This document shows, one piece after another, positions 47,174 through 60,410 of a stretch of DNA of 64,000 nucleotides. The notes below the pieces were generated by a model. It was not told the DNA's origin and did not search any database. It saw only the letters and a program-made list of their open reading frames with translations. The translations under genes were made by a program, and so were the position numbers. The number at the start of each line of letters is the position of its first letter. Within the stretch, counting starts at the first letter, position 1. The DNA comes from Escherichia coli (GTDB lineage: Bacteria > Pseudomonadota > Gammaproteobacteria > Enterobacterales > Enterobacteriaceae), in assembly GCF_003334305.1 (NCBI RefSeq), contig NZ_QOWS01000008.1. One strand, written 5' to 3'.

Positions 47174-48223
47174 ATGGAAACCCCTCAACCCGATAAAACG
47201 GGCATGCACATTCTGCTCAAGCTGGCCTCGCTGGTAGTGATCCTCGCGGGCATTCACGCAGCGGCAGATATCATTGTGCAGCTGTTACTGGCGCTGTTTT
47301 TTGCCATCGTCCTCAACCCGCTCGTCACCTGGTTTATTCGTCGGGGAGTACAACGCCCCGTTGCCATTACGATTGTAGTGGTGGTGATGCTGATCGCACT
47401 AACCGCGCTGGTCGGCGTACTGGCGGCATCGTTTAACGAATTTATCTCTATGCTGCCGAAGTTTAATAAGGAGCTGACGCGCAAACTTTTTAAATTGCAG
47501 GAGATGTTGCCTTTTCTTAATTTGCATATGTCGCCGGAGCGAATGCTGCAGCGGATGGACTCGGAAAAAGTGGTTACCTTCACCACAGCGCTAATGACCG
47601 GGCTTTCCGGGGCAATGGCGAGCGTGCTTTTGCTGGTGATGACCGTAGTTTTTATGCTGTTTGAAGTGCGCCACGTCCCTTACAAAATGCGTTTTGCGCT
47701 GAATAATCCACAGATTCACATCGCGGGATTACACCGCGCACTTAAAGGCGTTTCGCACTATCTTGCATTGAAGACGCTACTCAGTTTATGGACAGGTGTC
47801 ATCGTCTGGCTGGGGCTGGAGCTGATGGGGGTACAGTTTGCGCTGATGTGGGCAGTACTGGCGTTTTTGCTTAACTACGTGCCCAATATCGGCGCGGTAA
47901 TTTCCGCCGTACCGCCAATGATTCAGGTGCTGCTGTTTAATGGTATTTACGAATGTATTCTGGTCGGCGCATTGTTTTTAGTTGTCCATATGGTCATCGG
48001 CAATATTTTAGAGCCACGGATGATGGGCCATCGCCTGGGGATGTCCACCATGGTGGTATTTCTTTCATTGTTAATCTGGGGATGGCTGCTCGGCCCGGTA
48101 GGGATGCTACTTTCGGTGCCATTAACCAGCGTGTGTAAAATCTGGATGGAAACGACGAAAGGTGGCAGCAAACTGGCGATTTTACTGGGGCCGGGCAGAC
48201 CGAAAAGTCGGTTACCGGGATGA
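47174..48223 (+). CDS. yhhT: AI-2E / PerM-family membrane transporter
   Basis: Recognised protein starts METPQPDKTGMHILLKLASLVVILAG at ATG 47174 (349 aa). Confidence 0.9.
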   Translation: METPQPDKTGMHILLKLASLVVILAGIHAAADIIVQLLLALFFAIVLNPLVTWFIRRGVQRPVAITIVVVVMLIALTALVGVLAASFNEFISMLPKFNKELTRKLFKLQEMLPFLNLHMSPERMLQRMDSEKVVTFTTALMTGLSGAMASVLLLVMTVVFMLFEVRHVPYKMRFALNNPQIHIAGLHRALKGVSHYLALKTLLSLWTGVIVWLGLELMGVQFALMWAVLAFLLNYVPNIGAVISAVPPMIQVLLFNGIYECILVGALFLVVHMVIGNILEPRMMGHRLGMSTMVVFLSLLIWGWLLGPVGMLLSVPLTSVCKIWMETTKGGSKLAILLGPGRPKSRLPG

Positions 48224-48277
48224 GGCGACAAGTGATACGATACGCACTTTCATTTTCCATTAAACGTTGGCCCTGAT

Positions 48278-48865
48278 ATGTATCGGATAGTTCTGGGGAA
48301 AGTTTCGACCTTAAGCGCAGCTCCACTGCCACCGGGTTTACGCGAGCAAGCACCGCAAGGTCCACGACGCGAACGCTGGCTGGCGGGGCGTGCATTGCTT
48401 TCGCACACGCTTTCCCCGCTACCGGAGATCATCTATGGCGAACAAGGCAAACCTGCATTCGCGCCGGAAACGCCGCTATGGTTCAACTTAAGCCATAGCG
48501 GTGACGATATCGCTCTGCTGTTGAGTGATGAAGGCGAAGTCGGCTGCGATATCGAAGTGATTCGCCCGCGCGCCAACTGGCGCTGGCTGGCGAACGCCGT
48601 ATTCAGCCTCGGGGAACACGCTGAGATGGACGCCGTGCATCCTGATCAGCAACTGGAAATGTTCTGGCGCATCTGGACGCGCAAAGAAGCCATCGTTAAA
48701 CAGCGTGGCGGCAGCGCCTGGCAAATCGTCAGCGTAGACAGCACCTATCACTCCTCGCTGTCAGTCAGCCATTGTCAGCTTGAAAATTTAAGCCTGGCGA
48801 TCTGCACCCCCACCCCCTTTACGCTCACCGCCGACAGTGTGCAATGGATCGATTCAGTTAACTGA
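48278..48865 (+). CDS. acpT: 4'-phosphopantetheinyl transferase
   Basis: 195-aa ORF MYRIVLGKVSTLSAAPLPPGLREQAPQGPRRERWLAGRALLSH; FNLSHSGD and W..KEA motifs. Confidence 0.92.
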   Translation: MYRIVLGKVSTLSAAPLPPGLREQAPQGPRRERWLAGRALLSHTLSPLPEIIYGEQGKPAFAPETPLWFNLSHSGDDIALLLSDEGEVGCDIEVIRPRANWRWLANAVFSLGEHAEMDAVHPDQQLEMFWRIWTRKEAIVKQRGGSAWQIVSVDSTYHSSLSVSHCQLENLSLAICTPTPFTLTADSVQWIDSVN

Positions 48866-48910
48866 TCCGCCCACCCGACTGCCCATCTATTGATCCAGAA
48901 CAGGTAATCA

Positions 48911-48938
48911 GTATGACGAATACTTAAAATCGTCATAC
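48911..48938 (+). promoter_or_regulatory. NikR operator in nikA promoter
   Basis: GTATGA-N16-TCATAC dyad (GTATGACGAATACTTAAAATCGTCATAC) 38 nt upstream of nikA start. Confidence 0.8.
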
Positions 48939-48975
48939 TTATTTCCGCCATCTATTTTAATCCATTGGGGTTACC

Positions 48976-50550
48976 ATGCTCTCCACACTCCGCCGCACTC
49001 TATTTGCGCTGCTGGCTTGTGCGTCTTTTATCGTCCATGCCGCTGCACCAGATGAAATCACCACCGCCTGGCCGGTGAATGTCGGGCCACTAAACCCGCA
49101 CCTTTACACGCCTAACCAGATGTTCGCCCAGAGCATGGTTTATGAACCATTGGTGAAATATCAGGCAGACGGTTCGGTGATCCCGTGGCTGGCAAAAAGC
49201 TGGACTCATTCAGAAGATGGTAAAACCTGGACCTTCACCCTGCGTGATGACGTGAAATTCTCCAACGGTGAACCGTTCGATGCCGAGGCGGCGGCAGAAA
49301 ACTTCCGCGCAGTGCTCGATAACCGTCAACGTCACGCCTGGCTGGAGCTGGCAAACCAGATTGTTGATGTTAAAGCACTCAGTAAAACAGAGCTGCAAAT
49401 TACCCTGAAAAGCGCCTACTATCCTTTCCTGCAAGAACTGGCCCTGCCCCGTCCTTTCCGTTTTATCGCTCCCTCGCAGTTTAAAAACCATGAAACCATG
49501 AACGGAATTAAAGCGCCGATTGGCACCGGACCGTGGATTTTGCAGGAATCGAAACTGAATCAGTACGATGTCTTCGTCCGTAACGAAAACTACTGGGGCG
49601 AAAAGCCGGCGATTAAGAAGATCACTTTTAACGTCATCCCGGACCCGACTACCCGCGCGGTGGCGTTTGAAACTGGCGATATCGACCTGCTGTACGGAAA
49701 CGAAGGGTTATTACCGCTCGATACCTTCGCCCGCTTTAGCCAGAACCCGGCTTACCACACCCAACTGTCACAGCCGATCGAAACCGTGATGCTGGCACTC
49801 AATACCGCCAAAGCCCCCACCAACGAGCTGGCAGTACGGGAAGCTCTTAATTACGCGGTGAACAAAAAATCGCTGATTGATAACGCGTTGTATGGCACCC
49901 AGCAGGTCGCCGACACCCTGTTTGCCCCTTCTGTGCCCTACGCCAACCTCGGCCTGAAACCGCGCCAGTACGATCCGCAGAAAGCGAAAGCGTTGCTGGA
50001 AAAAGCCGGTTGGACGCTGCCTGCGGGCAAAGACATCCGCGAGAAAAATGGTCAGCCGCTGCGCATTGAACTGTCGTTCATCGGCACCGATGCGTTAAGC
50101 AAATCGATGGCGGAAATCATTCAGGCTGATATGCGCCAGATTGGCGCAGATGTCTCGCTGATTGGCGAAGAAGAGAGCAGTATCTATGCTCGTCAGCGCG
50201 ACGGTCGTTTTGGCATGATTTTCCACCGCACCTGGGGCGCGCCATACGATCCACACGCCTTCCTCAGTTCAATGCGCGTACCGTCACACGCTGACTTCCA
50301 GGCACAGCAAGGATTAGCCGACAAACCGCTGATTGATAAAGAGATCGGCGAAGTGCTGGCGACCCATGACGAAACGCAACGTCAGGCGCTGTATCGCGAC
50401 ATTCTGACCCGTCTGCATGACGAGGCGGTTTATCTGCCTATCAGCTACATCTCGATGATGGTGGTATCAAAACCGGAGCTGGGTAATATCCCCTACGCGC
50501 CGATCGCCACCGAAATTCCGTTCGAACAGATTAAACCGGTGAAACCTTAA
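48976..50550 (+). CDS. nikA: nickel ABC transporter periplasmic binding protein
   Basis: 524-aa ORF with signal peptide [27 protein letters not shown]. Confidence 0.96.
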
Positions 50551-51490
50551 TGTTGCGTTACGTATTACGCCGCTTTCTGCTGCTGATCCCGATGGTGCTC
50601 GCCGCCTCGGTGATCATTTTTCTGATGCTGCGCCTCGGTACCGGCGACCCGGCGCTCGATTATTTGCGTCTGTCTAACCTGCCGCCGACGCCGGAGATGC
50701 TGGCCTCTACCCGCACCATGCTGGGACTGGATCAGCCGCTGTACGTCCAGTACGGCACCTGGTTGTGGAAGGCGCTGCATCTTGACTTTGGTATCTCATT
50801 CGCCAGCCAACGCCCGGTACTGGACGATATGCTGAACTTCCTGCCCGCCACGCTGGAACTTGCAGGTGCGGCGCTGGTATTAATTCTGCTCACTTCCGTA
50901 CCGCTCGGTATCTGGGCGGCGCGCCACCGCGACCGTCTGCCGGATTTCGCCGTGCGCTTTATCGCGTTTCTTGGCGTGTCGATGCCTAACTTCTGGCTGG
51001 CGTTTTTACTGGTGATGGCGTTTTCGGTGTATCTGCAATGGCTACCCGCGATGGGTTACGGCGGCTGGCAGCACATCATTTTGCCTGCGGTTTCCATTGC
51101 CTTTATGTCGCTGGCGATTAACGCGCGTTTACTGCGCGCCAGTATGCTGGACGTCGCCGGTCAGCGTCACGTCACCTGGGCGCGTCTGCGCGGCCTGAAC
51201 GACAAACAGACCGAACGTCGCCACATCCTGCGCAATGCCTCGCTGCCGATGATCACCGCCGTGGGGATGCACATCGGCGAACTGATCGGCGGGACGATGA
51301 TTATCGAAAACATCTTTGCCTGGCCGGGCGTCGGGCGCTATGCGGTGTCGGCGATTTTTAACCGTGACTATCCGGTGATCCAGTGCTTTACGCTGATGAT
51401 GGTGGTGGTTTTTGTGGTCTGTAATTTGATTGTCGATTTGCTCAACGCCGCGCTGGACCCGCGCATTCGTCGTCATGAAGGAGCGCACGC

Positions 51491-51494
<4 letters not shown>
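50550..51494 (+). CDS. nikB: nickel ABC transporter permease
   Basis: 314-aa membrane [32 protein letters not shown]. Confidence 0.96.
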
Positions 51495-54298
<2,804 letters not shown>

Positions 54299-54329
54299 GT
54301 TATTTCTGAAACGAGGAAAGAAAAGATAT

Positions 54330-54362
54330 TAACTGAACTTAATTTATAAAATTAAGTTCAGT
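54330..54362. terminator. perfect 33-bp palindrome (15-bp stem, 3-nt loop), bidirectional terminator candidate between nikR and the hicB-like gene
   Basis: AACTGAACTTAATTT-ATA-AAATTAAGTTCAGTT read directly from sequence. Confidence 0.55.
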
Positions 54363-54417
54363 TGCATAGATAGATCCTGTAAAGGCAGATATTCTGCGTA
54401 ATGTACGCCGCTAAAAT

Positions 54418-54777
54418 TTATAAATGATTCAAACGCTCATTCAGTGTTTCAATAATATAGGTATTAACAGAGACTTGTTGCTGCGCAGCCGCATTATTAA
54501 GGCGTTCACTCAGCGATTCTGGATAGCGTAACGTAAAGGTCTTAATCTTTTCTGTACGCGCATACGGCTCAATACCCGCAGCTTTACAATCCTCAAGATA
54601 CTCTCGCAGGGAAAGTTCCCCTTCTTTTTGCAGCCCCTGAATGCTGTCAGAGACAAAATCACAATAACCTGACAAGCCCAGGAATTTGCCACGAAATGCA
54701 TTCAGTTCTGGCACGTAAGTGATAACTGCAGGTTGCCCGGCAATCTCCATAGAGTTTGGCGTCTTCAGTTTGATCAT
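54418..54777 (-). CDS. HicB-family antitoxin candidate with C-terminal ribbon-helix-helix DNA-binding tail
   Basis: 119-aa ORF; RHH-like C-terminus TFTLRYPESLSERLNNAAAQQQVSVNTYIIETLNERL; 4-nt ATGA overlap with upstream HicA-like ORF. Confidence 0.6.
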   Translation of the reverse strand: MIKLKTPNSMEIAGQPAVITYVPELNAFRGKFLGLSGYCDFVSDSIQGLQKEGELSLREYLEDCKAAGIEPYARTEKIKTFTLRYPESLSERLNNAAAQQQVSVNTYIIETLNERLNHL

Positions 54778-55049
54778 GGTTTTACCCCTATACTTAGTAA
54801 CCAGTCACGCACGCTTTCTACAGCGCCTTTATCGGTATCTGGCGACGGATGAGGCCGATGGAAACACGCAACGCTCATATTTAGTATGAACTTACAACGC
54901 GAACCTCTTCCTTCCTTAATTTCTCCGCCTAATGCTTTAACCAGTGACTCTATATCAGACCACTTGATCCCTTGAGGAACAGGAGTTTTAAATATTTGAT
55001 CCAATGTATTTTTTTGTTTCTTCCGTAAAGCCTGTACCTTGGTTCTCAT
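54774..55049 (-). CDS. HicA-family (YcfA-like) mRNA-interferase toxin candidate
   Basis: 91-aa basic ORF MRTKVQALRKKQKNTLDQIFKTPVPQGIKWSDIESLVKALGGEIKEGRGSRCKFILNMSVACFHRPHPSPDTDKGAVESVRDWLLSIGVKP with the conserved His-Pro core; toxin-first order typical of hicAB. Confidence 0.6.
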   Translation of the reverse strand: MRTKVQALRKKQKNTLDQIFKTPVPQGIKWSDIESLVKALGGEIKEGRGSRCKFILNMSVACFHRPHPSPDTDKGAVESVRDWLLSIGVKP

Positions 55050-55050
55050 G

Positions 55051-55102
55051 GCATGTCCTTATGACTTCACTTTATGACATCAATAGTATGACATCACAGT
55101 AT
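55051..55102 (-). promoter_or_regulatory. operator-like repeat cluster upstream of the hicA-like gene
   Basis: Direct repeats TATGACATCA (55062..55072 and 55077..55086) nested within inverted repeat ATGACTTCA ... TGAAGTCAA, directly 5' of the toxin start. Confidence 0.45.
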
Positions 55103-55121
55103 GAAGTCAAGTTTCCCTTCC

Positions 55122-56249
55122 TTACGCCATTGTCCCAATCGTCTTCCTGAATCGCAGCAGCGCGATGGTGAAAAACGCGCCGCCAATTGCCATCAGCGTC
55201 AGGAACTGCGGCCAGACGATTTCGAATCCGGCACCCCGGTAGAGAATGGCCTGCGCGAGGCTAACAAAGTGTGTCGTCGGCATGGTCAGCATAATGTCCT
55301 GCACCATCTGCGGCATACTTTCGCGCGGCGTGGATCCACCGGAAAGCATTTGCAGCGGCAGCAGCACCAGAATCACCAGCAGCCCCAGTTGCGGCATTGA
55401 ACGCGCTATCGTCCCCATAAAAATGCCGATTGACGTGGTGGCAAACAGACTGAGCGCCACGCCCAGCATAAACAGCGGGATCGAGCCTTCAATCGGTACA
55501 CCCAGCACGCCTTTCACCATCAGCACCAGTGATAATCCCGACACCACCAGCACCACCAGCCCCATCGACCAGACCTTTGCCATCATGATCTCAAACGGCG
55601 TTATCGGCATCACCAACAAGTGTTCCACCGTGCCGTGTTCACGCTCGCGGATCAGCGCCGATCCGGTCAATACAATCGCCAGCATGGTAATGTTGTTGAT
55701 GATTGCCATCACCCCGCCAAACCACGCGGGATCAAGGTTCGGGTTAAAGCGCATCCGGGTTTCCAGCGATACCAACGGTTCGCTGTTATCACGGTAGCGC
55801 GCGACAAAGCTGTTCACTTCACCGTTGATAATATTCTGGATATACCCATTGCCGGTAAATGCCTGGCTCATGCGCGTGGCATCGACGTTCACCTGAATAT
55901 CCGGCTGGCGTCCGGCGAGGACATCACGCTGAAAATTAGGCGGAATATTTATCGCAAAGGTATAACGCCCGGCGTCCAGTCCGGCATCCATCTCATCGGC
56001 GGTGATCATCTCCGGTGGCAAAAACCACGGGCGATAGAAGCTGTTAACGATCCGGTTCGATAACTGCGATTGATCCATATCGGCAATGGCGATCGGCGCG
56101 AGGTTCAACGATCCTGGCGTAACGGTCGCTGACGAATACACCGACACCGTAAACGAGAAGACAATCAGCGTCAGCATCGCTTTATCACCGAGCAGACTGC
56201 GCAACTCTTTGATACCCAGATTAAAAATATTGCGTAAATGGCGCATCAT
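55122..56249 (-). CDS. yhhJ: ABC-2 family transporter permease
   Basis: Membrane [34 protein letters not shown]; start taken at ATG 56249 overlapping rbbA stop (ATGA); the adjacent ATG 56246 is an alternative; ORF track extends to 56330. Confidence 0.9.
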   Translation of the reverse strand: MMRHLRNIFNLGIKELRSLLGDKAMLTLIVFSFTVSVYSSATVTPGSLNLAPIAIADMDQSQLSNRIVNSFYRPWFLPPEMITADEMDAGLDAGRYTFAINIPPNFQRDVLAGRQPDIQVNVDATRMSQAFTGNGYIQNIINGEVNSFVARYRDNSEPLVSLETRMRFNPNLDPAWFGGVMAIINNITMLAIVLTGSALIREREHGTVEHLLVMPITPFEIMMAKVWSMGLVVLVVSGLSLVLMVKGVLGVPIEGSIPLFMLGVALSLFATTSIGIFMGTIARSMPQLGLLVILVLLPLQMLSGGSTPRESMPQMVQDIMLTMPTTHFVSLAQAILYRGAGFEIVWPQFLTLMAIGGAFFTIALLRFRKTIGTMA

Positions 56250-58981
56250 CCCTCCTGTTTTTTCAGCAGCAGGATACTTAAGCCCATCACCAGCGGGATG
56301 GCTATCAGCAACGGGATAAAAAGTTGCCACAAATCAGTCAGATCCAGCGCCTTCGAGAACGTCCCGCGGGCGATAGTCAGAAAATGACTGGTCGGGTAAA
56401 CCTCGCCGATCCAACGTCCAGGCCCTTCCAGCGAAGCTACCGGATCGATCATCCCGGAAAACTGTGTCGCCGGGATCAACGTGATAATCGCCGTTCCGAA
56501 AATGGCGGCAATCTGGCTTTTCATAAAGGTGGAGATCAGCAGCCCCATTCCGGTGGCAATGATGATATACAGCAGCGCCGCCAGGGTGAGCGTCAGGAAA
56601 CTGCCTTTATGCGGTACGCCAAACACAAACACCGACAGGCCGCAGAGCAGGAAAAAGTTCAGCATCCCCAGCGCGATGTATGGCAACTGTTTACCAAGCA
56701 AAAATTCACTACGCGTGGTGGGGGTCACGTAAAGGTTGATAATCGACCCAAGCTCTTTTTCCCGCACCACGCTAAGGGCGCTTAGCATTGACGGGATCAT
56801 CATCAGCAGAAGCGGGATCACCGCCGGAACAATCGCTGGCAGGCTTTTTACGTCCGGGTTATAGCGATAGCGCGTCTCAATATTCATCAGCCCGCTTTGG
56901 CTGGCGGGTGTGGATTGTCGGCTCGCCACATCCTGTAGCCAGCTCTGGTGCATGGCCTGCACGTAACCTTTTACCGTTTCGGCACGGCTCGGCATCGCTC
57001 CGTCGATCCAGACGCCGAGTTCCACAGGCGTACCACGCGCGATATCGCGCCCGAAATTGGGAGGGATCTCAATTGCCACCGTTATATCGCCCGCACGCAT
57101 CCGACGATCAAGCTCGTCATAACTGGTGAGCGGCGGCTGTTCGATAAAGTAACGGGAACCGGAGAGATTGAGCGTCCACGCCTGGCTACTGACGGTCTGG
57201 TCGCGGTCGAGCACCGCAAAGCGCAGGTTTTCCACATCCATACTGATGCCGTAACCCATTATCAGCATCAGGATCACTGTTCCCATCAGCGCCAGCGTCG
57301 AACGTACCGGATCGCGTCGCAGTTCCAGTGCTTCGCGGCGGCTGTAGCTAAACAGACGGCGCAGGCTAAATCCCTGACGCGGCGCGTGGGTGGTGTCGTG
57401 TATCACGGGCGGCGCTTCGGCTTCGTTGCTCTGTCCTGCCGCTTCCTGCAAATAGGCGATAAATGCCTCTTCCAGACTGGCGGCTCCGCGTTTCTCAACC
57501 AGTTCCTGCGGTGTACCGCTGGCGAGCACTTTTCCGGCGTGCATCAGTGAGATGCGGTCGCAACGTTCCGCTTCGTTCATAAAGTGGGTGGAGATAAAAA
57601 TGGTTACTTTGTCCTGGCGCGAGAGATCGACCATCAACTGCCAGAACATATCCCTCGCCACCGGATCGACGCCAGAAGTAGGTTCATCGAGGATTAACAT
57701 CTCCGGGCGATGAATCACCGCCACCGCCAGCGAAAGCCGCTGGCGAATGCCGAGCGGCAATGACTCCGGCAGAACATCTTCAACGTCGTTGAGCTTAAAA
57801 CGCTCGCTCATTTCAGCCACTCGCGCGGGAATTTCCGCTTCCGGGATGTGAAACAAACGGGCATGTAACTCAAGGTTTTGCCGCACGGTGAGTTCGTTAT
57901 AGAGCGAAAACGCCTGCGACATATAGCCCACCCGACGGCGGGTATCGATATCTTTTGGATCAACCGGTTGCCCAAACAGCCACGCCTCACCTTCGCTGGC
58001 GGGCAGCAGTCCGGTGAGCATTTTCATGGTGGTGGATTTACCGCAGCCGTTCGATCCAAGAAAACCAAAAATCTCCCCGCGTGGAATGCGGAAATTGACG
58101 TGATCAACGGCAACGAAGGAACCAAAACGCATGGTCAGATCGCGCGCTTCGATGGCAATCTCTGCATTTTCAGGTTGATACGGTGGGATCACTACCGCCT
58201 GATGCGCCTGGCGTTGCGCTTGCGGTAACAGATTTATAAACGCCTCTTCCAGCGTGGCGCTTTGCGTTTGCTGCCGCAGCTCTTCGGCGCTGCCAGTTGC
58301 CAGCACTTCTCCGGCATTCATCGCTACCAGCCAGTCGAAGCGTTCGGCCTCTTCCATATAGGCGGTGGCGACCAGCACGCTCATATTGCTCTGCCGCTGG
58401 CGAATACTGTCGATCAGATCCCAGAACTGGGCGCGGGAGAGCGGGTCAACCCCCGTTGTTGGCTCATCAAGGATCAACAGTTCCGGGTCGTGGATTAACG
58501 CGCAGCACAGCCCCAGTTTTTGCTTCATCCCGCCGGAGAGTTTACCTGCCGGACGATCGCGAAACGGTGCTAACCCGGTGCTGGTCAGCAGCTCATTAAT
58601 TCGGACTTCCCGCTCCGCTTTATCGTGACCGAACAAGCGAGCGAAAAAATCGACATTTTCATACACCGATAAGGTGTGGTAGAGATTTTTGCCCAGCCCC
58701 TGCGGCATCCAGGCGATGCGCGGGCAGACGTCGCGGCGATGCTTCGGGTCGCGCATATCGCCGCCCAGCACCATCACATTGCCCTGTTCAATGACGCGGG
58801 CACCGGAAATCAACGACAACAAGCTCGACTTCCCGACGCCGTCCGGGCCAATCAGCCCGACCATGCAACGGGCCGGAATATCGAGTGTGATATTGTTCAG
58901 CGCAACGGTTTTTCCATAATGCTGGCTCACGCCCGCCAGTTGCGCGACAGGCGGGACGGGAACCAGTTCCAGATGCGTCAT
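56246..58981 (-). CDS. rbbA: ribosome-associated ATPase; fused tandem ABC ATPase plus ABC-2 permease
   Basis: 911-aa ORF with two Walker A motifs ([18 protein letters not shown]) and a C-terminal multi-TM domain. Confidence 0.94.
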   Translation of the reverse strand: MTHLELVPVPPVAQLAGVSQHYGKTVALNNITLDIPARCMVGLIGPDGVGKSSLLSLISGARVIEQGNVMVLGGDMRDPKHRRDVCPRIAWMPQGLGKNLYHTLSVYENVDFFARLFGHDKAEREVRINELLTSTGLAPFRDRPAGKLSGGMKQKLGLCCALIHDPELLILDEPTTGVDPLSRAQFWDLIDSIRQRQSNMSVLVATAYMEEAERFDWLVAMNAGEVLATGSAEELRQQTQSATLEEAFINLLPQAQRQAHQAVVIPPYQPENAEIAIEARDLTMRFGSFVAVDHVNFRIPRGEIFGFLGSNGCGKSTTMKMLTGLLPASEGEAWLFGQPVDPKDIDTRRRVGYMSQAFSLYNELTVRQNLELHARLFHIPEAEIPARVAEMSERFKLNDVEDVLPESLPLGIRQRLSLAVAVIHRPEMLILDEPTSGVDPVARDMFWQLMVDLSRQDKVTIFISTHFMNEAERCDRISLMHAGKVLASGTPQELVEKRGAASLEEAFIAYLQEAAGQSNEAEAPPVIHDTTHAPRQGFSLRRLFSYSRREALELRRDPVRSTLALMGTVILMLIMGYGISMDVENLRFAVLDRDQTVSSQAWTLNLSGSRYFIEQPPLTSYDELDRRMRAGDITVAIEIPPNFGRDIARGTPVELGVWIDGAMPSRAETVKGYVQAMHQSWLQDVASRQSTPASQSGLMNIETRYRYNPDVKSLPAIVPAVIPLLLMMIPSMLSALSVVREKELGSIINLYVTPTTRSEFLLGKQLPYIALGMLNFFLLCGLSVFVFGVPHKGSFLTLTLAALLYIIIATGMGLLISTFMKSQIAAIFGTAIITLIPATQFSGMIDPVASLEGPGRWIGEVYPTSHFLTIARGTFSKALDLTDLWQLFIPLLIAIPLVMGLSILLLKKQEG

Positions 58982-60045
58982 TGCGGCAACCTCACCACGA
59001 GGTCGTCAGGCCACGGAAGTTCTTCATTCACCCGCACCCACGCTACGCCCGGTAAACCGGTTTTGACATATTCCAGATGCTGCTGGAGTAATTCCGGTGG
59101 GATACGCGCTTTGACGCGGAACATCAGTTTCAGCCGTTCATCGCTGGTTTCGACGGTTTTTGGCGTGAACTGGGCGACACTGGCGACAAAACTGATGGTT
59201 GCAGGAATACGCAGATCTGGCGCGGCATCGAGGATCAGCCGGGCTTCACCGCCCAGTTTCAGCGTGCCCGCCTGTTCGGTTGGCAGGAAGAAAGTCATAT
59301 AGACGTCGCTGAGATCGACCATATTCAGCACCCGACCGCCTGCCGCCAGCACTTCGCCTGGCTCGGCAACCCGATACTGCACGCGTCCGTCACGCGGGGC
59401 TTTCAGTTCGCTGTCATCGATATCTGCGGCAATGCGCCGTTCAGTGGCTTGTGCGGCTTCGACGCGAGTTTGCGCCTGAATGATATTGGTGCGTGCCGCT
59501 TCTATAGCGGCTTTAGAAGCCGAAACCTGAGCTTTTGCCGATTCCAGCGCAGCTCGGGCGCTCTCAGCGGCGGCGCGGTCGTCATCCAACTGTTGCGCAG
59601 AAATAGCCCCACGATGGGCGAGCGAGCGGGAACGGGTATGACGTTTGGCTACGGAGTCCAGTTCAGCTTGCCGTTGATTAACCAGCGACTGAGCGGCGCG
59701 AGTTTCACTTTGGCGTTGCTCCAGCAAAGCCTGCGCGGCAGCAACGGCGCTTTGTGCTTCTTTGATTTGCGCGATGGCTTCCAGTCGCTGTTCCTGCAAC
59801 ACGCGAGTATCCATCTTCGCCAGCACTTCACCTTCTCGAACAAACTGGCCTTCTTTCACCAGAATGGTGTCAATACGCCCGGCAATTTTGCTGGCGATAT
59901 CCACTTCCGTCGCTTCAATGCGCCCATTGCTGACAGCAAAGCCTTCCGGCACACCTGCCGGGCGCAACAGCCACCACGCCACGATAGCCGCCACCGCCAG
60001 TAACCCGACAACCCACCACGCCAGATGGCGCTTACTCTTATCCAT
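58978..60045 (-). CDS. yhiI: HlyD-family membrane fusion protein
   Basis: 355-aa ORF with N-terminal TM anchor and long Ala/Gln-rich coiled-coil segments; 4-nt overlap with rbbA. Confidence 0.92.
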   Translation of the reverse strand: MDKSKRHLAWWVVGLLAVAAIVAWWLLRPAGVPEGFAVSNGRIEATEVDIASKIAGRIDTILVKEGQFVREGEVLAKMDTRVLQEQRLEAIAQIKEAQSAVAAAQALLEQRQSETRAAQSLVNQRQAELDSVAKRHTRSRSLAHRGAISAQQLDDDRAAAESARAALESAKAQVSASKAAIEAARTNIIQAQTRVEAAQATERRIAADIDDSELKAPRDGRVQYRVAEPGEVLAAGGRVLNMVDLSDVYMTFFLPTEQAGTLKLGGEARLILDAAPDLRIPATISFVASVAQFTPKTVETSDERLKLMFRVKARIPPELLQQHLEYVKTGLPGVAWVRVNEELPWPDDLVVRLPQ

Positions 60046-60410
60046 AATCGACCCGCCATAATCCCTGTAAGCAAACGACGCGTGTTACAACTGCCGCCGA
60101 ACGACGTTCAGCGGATTCTTCCATCCGGGATAAGAAGGAAACGGCAAATACGACCAGCGCGCAGAGCATTGAGCGCCAACGGGGAAGGCTTAGTGAAAAC
60201 GGGTAGTAATGTTGTCATCATCAGCATTCCTGGCCGTAAATGAAACACGCATACTCATAAGTGTGATCTATAAAACTGGCTGACAAAACGGTATCCATCC
60301 TGTTGGATAGCGTTTCACGCCTGTTCAGTTGCAGGAACAGAGCATTCCTTTTTACGTTTTATCAACAGTCTCAACCAGATAGTAACATTAATATTCATGT
60401 TGTCTATGGT

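Noticed and set aside
54299-55121. Rhs element expected between nikR and yhhJ
   Set aside because: No long Rhs/YD-repeat ORF is present; the interval is only about 0.8 kb and is occupied by the two small TA-like genes.
55246-55797. 183-aa plus-strand ORF
   Set aside because: Antisense within yhhJ; shadow ORF.
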